Origin: the human T2T-CHM13v2.0 reference genome, Homo sapiens | Direction: 5' to 3' (one strand) | Length of the DNA: 64,000 nt | Assembly: GCF_009914755.1 (NCBI RefSeq) | Contig: NC_060932.1 | Notes under the pieces: generated by a model | Databases searched by the model: none | Told to the model about the DNA's origin: nothing | Seen by the model: only the letters and a program-made list of their open reading frames with translations | Translations under genes and position numbers: made by a program | In this document: one piece after another, positions 28,771-40,230 of the stretch | Numbering within the stretch: position 1 is the stretch's first letter | Layout: every line of letters begins with the position of its first letter

Positions 28771-29699
28771 TGTGATTGTCCTTTCTTTAAAGTTCTTGAT
28801 TAGATTTTCTTTTTTCTTTATAATTCATAGACTTAAAAATAATATTCTTGATATTAATTCTTTATTGTTATGAATGTCACACATATACATTGCTAATAAA
28901 ATATTTACTACATTAAAGATTTTTGAATTTAAGATCATAATTTTAATGCAATTGAATTACTTCAATCTTTTCTCTTTTGGTCAGTGCATTTTGAATATTG
29001 AGTCCTTTTCAAAATTTATTCTTTACCCTGAGGGTGTGAAAATAATCTCTATTTATTATATTCTAAAAGCTTTATTGCTTTGCCTTCAATTGCTACATGT
29101 TTTTGAATGCCAGGTATTATATCCATCTATGTTATATGTGGACAAATTAAAACAAGAAAATATTCCCATTTATTTGTTCTAAACATAGAACATTTTGTAT
29201 TTTTGAAAAAGATCTACTGTTCTTTTTAGTGTTTAAAAACACAATTTATAATTGTAATCTGTTTCTGAGGTGTTTCTAACTTTTCTGTATGTGGGTTTTA
29301 ACTGCTTAGAAAAGAATTCAAATAAATACTTAATTCTCTTAATACCTATTGTTCTATTTCACAGCACCCAAAAATTTCTGGATTGTGCTAGGACACAGTA
29401 TCTCCACATCGAACAGAACACTTTCTTCCCTGAATATTTCAGGACATTAAAGTATCGTTCTGTCAGGTACACACAAACACTTTCTAGAATCACATTGACA
29501 GCCAGAACATCTGACAACTGGTGTCCCTACTGGAGGAGAACTTCTCATTATTTTAATCTTTATATTCAGGTGATGATGAATAATATTCTCTTATTCTGTA
29601 AATATAGAATAATATTCTCTATACAGAATTAGAATTAGCATTTAAGTTCATGAAAACATATCTCATAAGAGGTAAACAACAGGTTTAGTATGGTCTTTT

Positions 29700-31038
29700 A
29701 AATTTTGGTATTGTGTCTAATAATACTTTGCCTTACTGAAGGTCACAAGCATTTTTTCCTAGTTTTTTTTTTTTTATAGAATTTTAAAGTTTCAGTTGTT
29801 ACATTTAGTCGGTGATCCATTTTGAGTTCATTTCTTTTGTGTATGGTATAGGAAGGGGTCCAACTTTATTCTTTCACATATGAATATTCATTTGTTCCAG
29901 CATAATTTGTTGAAAAGACAATTCCCCATTACATTGTTTGGGTACCCTTATTGAAAATTAACTATAAATTTAAGAGTTTATTTCTGAACTCTTCTATTTC
30001 ACTGATCTATATGTCTATTTTTATTATCATACTATCTGAATACTTTGGTTTTGCTCTAAGTGTGAAATCAGTCAATGTGAGTCTTCCACTTTTGTTCTTC
30101 TTTTTCAAGAGTGTTCTAGTTATTCTTGATCTGTTGTGTTTCCATTTTAATTTAAGGATAGGCTTATAAATTCTCAAAGGAAATTAGCTGGGATTGTGAT
30201 AGAGATTGTATTGAATCTATAGATCAAATTGGGACTATTGTCATCTTACAATATTAAGCTGTCTGATTCATAAACGTGGATGTCTTAATTCGAGCACTGT
30301 TTTATAGTTTTCAGAGTACAAATGTGTACTTCTGTTAAATTTGTTCCTAGGTATTTTATTTTTTTTGATGCTACCGTAAATAAAATTGTTTTATTAATTT
30401 CACTTTCAGATTGTCCATTGCTAGTGTATAAGAGCAATTGATTTTGTGTTATGACACTGCTGAACTCATTTATTAGTTCTAATCATTTTTGTGGGTTCCT
30501 TTGTGTTTTCTATATACAAAATTATGCCATCTACAAATAGAGATAGTTTTAACCTTTCTTTTCCTACCTGGATGCCTTTTATTTTTTCTTGCCCTATTGT
30601 CCTGGCTAGAATTTCCAGTACAATATCAAATAGACGTGGCAAAAGTAGACATCTTGTGTTGTTCCCGCTCTTAGAAGGAAAGCATTGTCCTTCATTATTA
30701 AGCATGCTGTTAGCTATGGGTTTTTTCTAGATGCTGTTTATCAGATTGATGAAGTGTCCATCTATCCTCCTTCACTGAGTGTTAAAACATCATGAAACGG
30801 TGTTGAATTTTGTCAAATGCTTTTTCATACTATGAAATAAGAATATTTTCCCCTTTATTATATTGATGTGGTATGTGACATTAATTGATATTCAGATGTT
30901 ACAGCAACCTTGAATTATTGTGGCAAATGCCACTTAGTCATGCTATATGTTTCTTTTTAATGTTGTTAGATTCAGTTTGCTAGTGTTTTTTTGAGGAGTT
31001 TTACATATATATTCATAAAAGATATTGGTTGGTAGTTT
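29700..31038 (-). mobile_element. Old L1M ORF2 fragment (left part of the element interrupted by the 31-38.9 kb L1)
   Basis: RT-region remnant in ORF 30466..30705 ([15 protein letters not shown]...[15 protein letters not shown]); continues collinearly at 38897. Confidence 0.85.
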
Positions 31039-34000
31039 AAAAATATTTTTAATTTTTGTGGATCCATAGTAGGTGCATGTATTTATGAGGTACATGAGAT
31101 ATTTTGATATAGGCATGCAATACATAATAATTGCATTATGGAAAATGGGGTATCCATCCCCTCCAATTTTTATTTTTTGTGTTACACCATATCCAGTTGT
31201 ACTCTTTTAGTTATTTTTAAAATAACTATTTTAAATAGTTTTTTAAAATAACTATTTAAAATAGTTATTTTTATATTTTTATAAAATATAAAATAATTTA
31301 TATAAATTAATTTATAAAATATAAAATAATTTATATAAATTAATTTATAAAATATAAAATAATTTATATAAATTAATTTATAAAATATAAAATAATTTAT
31401 ATAAAATATAATTTATATAAAATAATTTTAAATAATAAATTATTATTGACAATAGCCACCCTATTGTGCTATCAAATAGAAGGTCTTATTCATTCTTCTA
31501 TTTTTTTGTACCCATTAACCATCCCAACCTTTCAACCACTCCATTACCACCCTACCAGTGTCTGGTAATCATCCTTCTACTCTCTATCTCCATGAAATCA
31601 ATTGTTTAGATTTTTAGATCTCAAGAACATGTGATTTTGGTCTTTCTGTGCCTAGCTTATGTCACTTAACATAAAGGCTTCCAGTTCCATCCGTGTTGTT
31701 GCAAATGACAGGATCTCATTCTTTTAATGGCTGAATAGTACTCCATTGTATATAAGTACCACATTTTTCTTATCCATTCATTTGTTGATGAACACTTAGA
31801 CTGCTTTCAAATCTTGGCTATTGTAAACAGTGCTGCAGCAAACATGAGAGTGCAGATATCTCTTCGATATATTGATTTCCTTTCTTTCAGGTATATACAC
31901 AGCAGTGGGATTTTTGGATTGTATGGTACTCCTATTTTTGGTCTCTTGAGGAACCTCCAAACTGTTCTCCATATTCATTGTACTAATTTACATTCCCATC
32001 AACAGTGTACAAGTGTTCCCTTTTCTTCACATCTTTGCCAGCATTCGTTATTGCCTGTCTTTTGGATATAAGCCATTTTAACTGAGGTGAGATGATATCT
32101 CATTGTAGTTTTGATGTGCATTTCTTTGATGATCATTGATATTGAGCAGCTTTTCATATGCCTGTTTGCCTTTTGTATGTCTTCTTTTGAGATATGTCTA
32201 TTCAAATCTTTTACCCATTTTTGATTGGGTTATTACATTTTTCTCTGTAGAGTTGTTCGAGCTCCTTACATATTATGGTTATTAATCCCTTGTCAGATGG
32301 GGTAGTTTGCAAATATTTTCTCCCATTCTGTGGGTTGTCTCTTAACTTTTTTCATTATGCAGACACTTTTTAACTTGGTGTTATCCCATTTGTCCATTTC
32401 TGCTTTGGTTGCCTGTGCTTGTGGAGTATTACTCAAAAAATGTTTGCTGAGACTAAAATCCTGGAGAGTTTCCCCAATATTTTCTGGTATTGGTTTCATA
32501 GTTTGAGAGATTTAAGTTTTTAATCCATTTTGATTTGATTTTTGTATATGGCAAGAGATAGGAGTCTAGTTTCATTTTTCTGCATTGGTTATCCAGTTTT
32601 TCCAGGACCATTTATTGAAGAGACTGTCTTTTCTCCAACATACATTCTTGGCACTTTTGTTGAAAATAAGTTCACTGTAGTTGTGTGGATTTGTTTTTGG
32701 GTTCTCTCTTCTGTTCCATTGGCCTGTGTGCCTGTTTTTATGCCAGTACCATATTGTTTTGGTTACTAGGCTCTGCAGTATAATTTGAAGTCAGGTAATA
32801 TGATTCCTCAAGTTTTGTTCTTTTTGCTTAGAATAGCTTTGGCTATCCTGGATCTTTTTGTAATTCCATATAAATTTTAGGACTCTTTTTTCTATTTCAT
32901 TGAAGAATGTTATTGGCATTTTGATAGGAATTGCATTGAATCTGTAGATTACTTTGGGTAGTATGGACATTTTAATACTATTGATTCTTCTAATCCGTGA
33001 ACCTGGAATATCTCTCCATTTTTTGGTGTCCTCTTTAATTTCTTTCATCAGTGTTTTATAGTTTTTATTATATAGATCTTTCATTTCTATAGTTAATTCC
33101 TAGGTATTTAATTTTATTTGTGGCTATTGTCAATAGAATGACTTTTTAAATTTCTCTTTCAAATTGTTCACTTTTGGCATACAGAGATGATACTGATTTT
33201 TGTATGTTGATTTTGTATCCTGCAACTTTACAGGATACAAAATCAACAGGATACATTTGTTTATAAGTTCTAATAGTTTTTTTGGTGAAGTTTTTAGGTT
33301 TTTCCAAATATGAGATTATATCATCAGCAAACAAGGATAATCTGACTTCTTCCTTTCCAGTTTGTATGCCTTTTATTTCTTTCTCCTGTTTGCCCTAGCT
33401 AGGAACTCCAGTACTACGTTGAATAACAGTGGTGAAAGTGGGCCTCCTTTTCGTGTTCCATATATTAGAGGAAAGGCTTTTAGCCTTTCCCAATTCAGTA
33501 AACTAGTTGTGGGTCTATTATATACGACTTTTATTATGTTGAGGTGTGTTCTTTCTATACTAAGTTGTTTTTAGGGTTTTTATTAGGAAGGGATGTTGAA
33601 TTTTATCAAATGCTTTTCAGCATAAGTTGAACCGAAGGATCTATGTTCTTCATTCTGTTGATATGATATATCACATTGATTAATTTGCATAGGTTGAACC
33701 ATTCTTGCATTTCAGGGATAAATCCCACTTGGTCATGATGGATGATCTTTTTTTAATGTATTGTTGAATTCAGCTTGCTAGTATTATGTTAAGGATTTTT
33801 GCATCAATATTCATCAGAAATACTGGCCTGTAGGTTTCTTTTTTGATGTGTCTTTGTCTGGTTTTGGTATCAGGGTAAAATTGGCCTTGTAGGATGAGTT
33901 TGGAAGTAGTCCCTATTTTTCAGAATAGTCTGAGTACAAATAGTTTGTTATTAGTTCTTCTTTAAATGTTTGGTAGAATTCCATAGTTGAAGCCATTAGA

Positions 34001-37000
34001 TACAAAGATTTTCTTTACTGGGAGATTTTTTTATGACAGCTTCCATCTCATTACTTGCTATAGGTTTGTTTAGGTTTTGGGTGTCTTCACAGTTAATTCT
34101 TGGTAGGTTTTATGTGTCTAGGAATTTATCCATTTCCTCTAGATTTCCCAGTTTATTGACATATAATTGCTTGAAGTAGCCAATAATGATCCTTTGAATT
34201 TCTGAAGCATCAATTGTAATGTTTCCTTTTTCATCTTTGATTTTATTTATTTTGATCATCTTTCTTTTTTTTTCTTCATTAGTCTGGCTAAAGGTTTGTC
34301 AAATTTGCCTCACTTTAAAAAAACAATTTTTTGTTTCAATGATCTCTTGCATTTTTTTCAGTTCAATTTCAGATTTTTTTCTGCTCTGGTTTTATTATTT
34401 CTTTTCTCTCACTAATTTTGAGTTTGGTTTGCTCTTGTTTTTCCAGTTCTTTAAGATGCATTGTTAGGTTGTTTATTTGAAGTTTTTCTTATTTTTTGAT
34501 GTAAGCTCTTATAGCTACAAACTTTCCTTATAGTACTGCTTTTGCTGTATCTCACAGGTTTTGGTTTGTTGTGTTTCCATTATTATTTGTTTCAAAAAAT
34601 TTTCAATTCCCTTCTTAATTTCTTCACTGGCCATTCAGGAGCATATTGTTTAATTTCCATGTGTTTGTATAGTTTCTAAAACTCCTCTTGTTATTGATTT
34701 GTAGTTTTATGCCGTTGTGGTCAGTGAAGATGCTTGATATTATTTCAACTTTTAAATGTTTTAAGACTTGTTTTGTGATCTACCATGTGGTCTATCCTTG
34801 AGAATGATCCATGTACAGTGGAAAAGAATATGTATTCTGTAGTCATTAGATAAAACATTCTGTAAATATCTATTAGGTCCATTTTGTCTACAGTGCAGAT
34901 TAAGTCCAATGTTTCTTTGTTGATTTTCAGTCTGGGACATCTATTCAACGCTGAAAGTGGGGTGTTGAAGTCTCCAGCTATTATTGTGTTGAGGTCTATC
35001 TCTCTGTGTATCTCTAATGATATTTGCTTTATATATATGGGTGCTCCAGTGTTGGGTGCATATATATTTAATATCGTTAGGTCCTCTTGCTGAATGGACT
35101 TCTTTATCATTACATAATGTCCCTCTTCGTCTCTTCTTAAAGTTTTTGTCTCAAAAGCTTTTTTTTTTCTCATATATGTACAGCAACTATTTCTATTTTT
35201 TGGTTTCCTTTGGCATGGAATATCTTTTTCCCTCCTTTTATTTTCAAACTACGTGTCTGTATAGGTGAAGTGTGTTTCTTGTAGGCCACAGGTCAATGGG
35301 TCTTATTTTTTCATTCATTCAGTCACTCTATGACTTTTGATTGGATAATTTCATCCATTAAATTCAGTATTATTATTGATAAGTAGAGTATTACTCTTGT
35401 CATTTTGTTATTTGTTTTCTGGTTGTTTTGCGGTCTTCTCTTCCTTCATTTTCTTCCCTCCTGTCTTCTTTTAGGGAAGGTGATTTTCTCTGGTGGTATA
35501 ATTTAATTTCTCACTTTTGTGTTTTGTGTATCCATTGTATGTTTTTTGATTTGGGGTTCCTATGAGGCTTTCAAATACTATCTTATAACCCGTTATTTTA
35601 AACGGATGAGAAGTTAACACTGATTACATAAGCAAATACACACACCCACACACATGCTTACATACAAACACACACACACACACATGCACAAGAAACCAAT
35701 AAAAACTCCACACTTTAACCTTGTCTCCCTATTTTTAAACTTTGTGTTGTTTCTCTTTGTTTTATTGTACTGTCTATGTCTTGAACAATTATAGTTATTA
35801 TTTTTATTGGTTCCCTAATCCCTAACCCTGTAAGTCTTTCTACTTAAAATAAAAGTAGTTTACACGCCACAATTACAGTGTTATAATATTCTGCGTTTTT
35901 CTGTTTGTTTACTTTTACCAGCAAATTTTTTACCTTCTGATGATTTATTCCTGCTTATTAACATCCTTTTTCTTCAAAATGAATAACTCTCTTTAGCATT
36001 TCTTATAAGACTGGTCTGGTGTTAATGAAATCTCTCAGCTTTTGTTTGTCTGGGTGGGTCTTTATTTCTCCTTCATGCTTGAAGGATATTTTCACTGGAT
36101 GTACTATTATAGGATAAAAGTTTTTTCCTTCAGAACTTTAAATATGTCATGTCACTCTCTCCTTGCCTGTAAAGTTTCCACTGAAAACTCTGCAGCAAGA
36201 CATATTAGAGCTCCCTTGTATGTTATTTGTTTCTTTTCTCTTGCTGGTTTTAGGGTTCTTTCTTTATCTGTAAACTTTGAGAGCTTGATTATGAAATGTC
36301 TTGAAGTAGTCTTCTTTGAGTTAAATCTGCTTGGAGTTCTATAACCTTCTTGTATTTGAATGTTGATATCCTTCTATAGGTTTGAGAAGTTCTTTAATAT
36401 TATCTCTTTGAATAAACTTTCTACACCTATCTCTTTCTCTACTTCCTCTTAGATTTGCTCCTTTGAGGCTATTTTCTAGTTCTTATAAGAGTGCTTCATT
36501 TTTTTTTTGATTCAGAGTCTTGCTTCATTTTTTTAATTCTTTTTTCTTTTTTTATTTTCTGACTATTTTCAAACAGCTTGTCTTCAAGCTCCCTTATTCT
36601 TTTTTTCTGCTTGGTCAGTTCTGCTATTGACTGATGTGTTCTTCAGCATGTCAATTGCATTTTTCAACTCCAGAATTTCTGCTTCTTTTTAATTATTTTG
36701 ATCTCTTTATTAATGTTAAATGATATAATTCTGAATTCCTTCTTTGTGCTATTGAATTTTGAATTCTTTCTTTGTGCTATCTTGAATTTTTTGAGTTTTC
36801 TCAAAACATCTATTTTGAATTCTCTGTCACAAAGGTCACATATACGTTTCTCCAGGATTGATCCCTGGTGCCTTATTTAGTTCATATGGTGAGATCACGT
36901 ATTCCTGGATGGTGCTGATGCAAGTATTCTTTGGTGTCTGGTCATTAAAGAGTTAGGTTTTTATTGTAGTCTTCATAGTCTGGGCTTGTTTGTGCTCATC

Positions 37001-38896
37001 CTTCTTGAGAAGGCTTTTGAGGTATTTGAAGGGAATTGGGCCCTAAACTCAATGTCACTGTGGTTTTTGCAGACTCATAGAGGTACTCTCTTGGTGGTCT
37101 TGGATAAGATCTGGAAGAATTATCTGGATTACCAGCAAAGACTTGTTCTTTTCCCTTACTTTCTCCCCCAAAGTGAAGTTTGTCTCTGTCTGTGCTGAGT
37201 TACCTGGAACTGGGGGTGTGGTGATGGCACGCACCCTTGGGGCCACCACCACTGGGACTGTGCTGGGTTAGGCCTGAAGCCAGCACAGCACTGGGTCTCA
37301 CCTAAGGTCTACTGTAACCACTACCAGGCTACTGCTTATGTTGACTCAAAGCCTTAGGGCTCCACAATTAGCAGCTGGTGATGTCAGCCAGTTTTGTGTT
37401 CTTCCCTCCAGGATAGAGAGTTCCCCCAGGTCCCGACTGGGTTCAGAGATGCTATCTGGTGGCCAGAAATTGGTGTCAAAAACCTTAGAAATTTACCTGT
37501 TGTTCTGTTCTACAGTGGCTAAACTGGAACTCAAACCATAATACAAATCCTTCCTGCTCTTTCCTCCCCTTTCCAAAGGGAGAGGAGCCTCTCTCTATGG
37601 CTACCATCACCACTGGCCCATGGTGGAGTTCTGCCAGGCCATAGCCGATGTTCCATAAATCTCAGTGGCTCTTTTGTCAGCTTATGGTAAATGCTGCCAG
37701 GCTTGGGTCTCACCCTTCAGAGCAGTGGGCTCCACTCTGGTCCAGGACAGGTCCCAAAATACTGTCCAAGAGCATCAGCCTGGACTTGTGGATCCCAAGA
37801 GACTGCTTGTTGCTCTACCCCACTGTGGCCAAGCTGGTACCTGAGGTGCAAGACACAGTCCCCTTTTCTTTTTTCTTTGCTTTTCTCCAACAGAAAGAGT
37901 CTCACCATAATCACCACAGCTAAGAATGTGCTGGGTCATACTGTAAGTCAGCACTTCTCAGAGCCCAAGGCCATGCTACCTGGGTATAACTACTTGTTAT
38001 TCAGGACCCAAGCGCTCTTTTGTCAGCAGGTGATTAATCCTGCTAGGTCTGGGTCCTTCCCTTCAAGGCAGCAGTTCTACTTTTGGCCCAGGGTGTGTCT
38101 AGAAATGTAATCCACGAGCTGGGCTTGGCAGAGCCTCACGACTCTGCCTTATCCTACTGCAGCTGAGCTGGTATCCAAGATACAAGACAAAGTCCTCTTT
38201 ACTGTTTGCTCTCCTCTCCTTAAGCAGAAGGAGGGAGTCACTTTCTTTGCCACAAGCTGCACTGTCTGGGCCTGGGGCAGGGGTAGCGCAAGCACTCCCT
38301 TAGCCACCCCGACTGGTGTCCCCCTAGGTCATGTGCCACACTAGTCCACTGTCTCTGAGTCCAGTCTAGCACTAAGAGTTGCCTAAGATTGCAGCCCTTG
38401 TGTCCTAGGCTGCTTTTCAAGCCTAGGAACCCAGAGCACTTTGGCCCATGTGGCAAGGCTTGCTGAGAAGCTCAAGTTCCAGCTGCTGGAATGGGTGATT
38501 TCCCTCTGTCTGGGTCTGGTTCAAATGCTCCTTCTGTGCATGGGTGCTGACTGAGCCCAGCATGGCGTTGCTCTCAGCCATGACAGGACCGCAGTGCTTT
38601 CAATGTAAAGTCCTCTCTGTACTCTCCCTCCTCCAGGTGCACAGACTCTTTCTGCACTGTAGGACCTCTGCTGGAAGATGAGGGAGGGGTGGTATAGGCA
38701 ATTTAAGACTGTCTCTTCTATCCTTTACAATGCCTCTTTCAGCAATATGAAGTAAAATCTAGGTACTGTGATTGCTCACCTGATTTTTGGTTCTTGTCAC
38801 AGTACTTTCCTATGTGCACATAGCTGTTAAAATTTGGTGTTCTTTCAGGGGCCACAAACAGTGCAAGCTTTTATTCTCCCGTCTTGCTCTGCCACC
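31039..38896 (-). mobile_element. Full-length (~7.9 kb) disabled L1, L1MA1-4-like
   Basis: 3'UTR 'tttttgtggatccatagtaggtgcatgtatttatgaggtacatgaga'; ORF2 remnants (FADDII, IIAGDFNTPLS); ORF1 region; long GC-richer 5'UTR at ~37.1-38.9 kb; TSD tggttggt(a/g)gttt at 31026-31038 and 38897-38909. Confidence 0.9.
31265..31447. repeat. Pure A/T tract containing a 33-bp minisatellite
   Basis: Unit tttataaaatataaaataatttatataaattaa at 31278, 31311, 31344 and partially at 31377; no G or C in the interval. Confidence 0.9.
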
Positions 38897-39250
38897 TGGT
38901 TGGTGGTTTTCTTGTGATGTCTTCATCTGGTTTTGGTATCAGAGTAATATTGATCTCATAGAATAAGTTGGGAAGTATACTCACCTTTTATTTTCATCAC
39001 ATCTATTCTCATCACTTCTATTTTTTGGAAGAGCTTGTGAAATATTGGTATTAATTCTTCTCTAAATGTTTGATAGAATTAACCAGTGAACTCATCTGGG
39101 CTATTCTTTGTGATAAGTTTTAAAAGTAATTCAATATCTTTGCTTGTATAGGTCTATTTAGACTTTGAACTTTATCTGGAGTCAATTTTAGTAGTTTCTG
39201 TCTTTATAGGAATTTGCAAATTTCATCTAAGTTATCTAATTTGTCAGTGG
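38897..39250 (-). mobile_element. Old L1M ORF2 fragment (right part of the interrupted element)
   Basis: 'tctggttttggtatcagagtaatattgatctcatagaataagttgggaag' continues the L1 sequence broken at 31038. Confidence 0.85.
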
Positions 39251-39941
39251 ATTAACTCTTATGGGGTATTTTCTTTATGGTATTTTGAAGTTAAATGAGG
39301 GTACCCAACAGTTAACTGGAGTGAGGTTTGGTTAAAAATATACCAAATCAAGCCTAAGAGCCTAAACTGCTATAATCCCATTATGCCTGTGTATTGCCCC
39401 CTGTCTTTAGAAACTACAGTCTCTACTACTCCAGGCTCTGCAGAGGATGACCAAGGGGGCAAGTTGAGGTGCTTATGATCAGTCTCTGCTTGGGAGGTTT
39501 CTTTTTGTTATTCTTTTTCTAAGGCTTATGTCAAGGATTTCCTGATTCCCATAATTATACAAGACTCCAGAGAACCAGTTTTAATGACCAGAGTAGGCTG
39601 GGTGAAGACAAAACATCTATGGTGCTGTTTTTGTGGAAGATGGCTTATTTTCATCAGCCTTCTCATGCAAGGCATAGATAGCTTTTTGGGTTACAGAAAT
39701 GCATTTTACACAGCATTAGCCTCTAGTATGGCTTACAGATGTGGAGGATGCAGATCAATCTCATCACCATGGACACTTAAGGGATGAGAATAGGTGATTT
39801 TCATTATGGATTTTAATCTCATTTCAGTTGTGTTGACTTTACTAGGAGTGGCTCTAATGTGAAAGTTGACCATAGTTCTTAAGAGTCAGGCCTGAAATGG
39901 AATTTACAGGAGGACTTGTCATGAATGGAGTTAATTCTAGG

Positions 39942-40051
39942 CCTAAGGCAGAAATTAGAAATACTATGTACTGGCTCTAAGGCAAATAAGATGTCCCTAA
40001 GGCAGAAATTAGAAATACTATGTACTGGCTCTAAGGCAAATAAGATGTCCC
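39942..40051. repeat. Perfect 54-bp tandem duplication
   Basis: cctaaggcagaaattagaaatactatgtactggctctaaggcaaataagatgtc at 39942 and 39996. Confidence 0.95.
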
Positions 40052-40087
40052 ATGAGCACCTACTATACTCTTTAAAATATTGAAAGC

Positions 40088-40230
40088 CTAGCCATTCAGA
40101 GTGTTGTCAGCAGAGCAGCAGCACTGGAATTACCTGAGAGTTAGAAGTGTAAAAATTCTCAGGCCCCACCCCAGACTCCCTGAATAAGAATCTGCATTTT
40201 AAGATGTCCAAATAATTTTTAAGCACATTG
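40088..40230 (+). mobile_element. MER5-type MITE
   Basis: 'gcagcagcactggaattacctgagag...ttctcaggccccaccccagact...gaatctgcattttaaga'. Confidence 0.75.

Noticed and set aside
31278-31410. Regularly spaced 33-bp repeats as a CRISPR-like array
   Set aside because: The repeats are contiguous with no unique spacers and lie in a primate L1; this is a minisatellite
39590-39830. Possible ancient LINE endonuclease remnant (VIFIMDFN resembling IMGDFN)
   Set aside because: Single degenerate motif with no supporting flanking homology that I could verify
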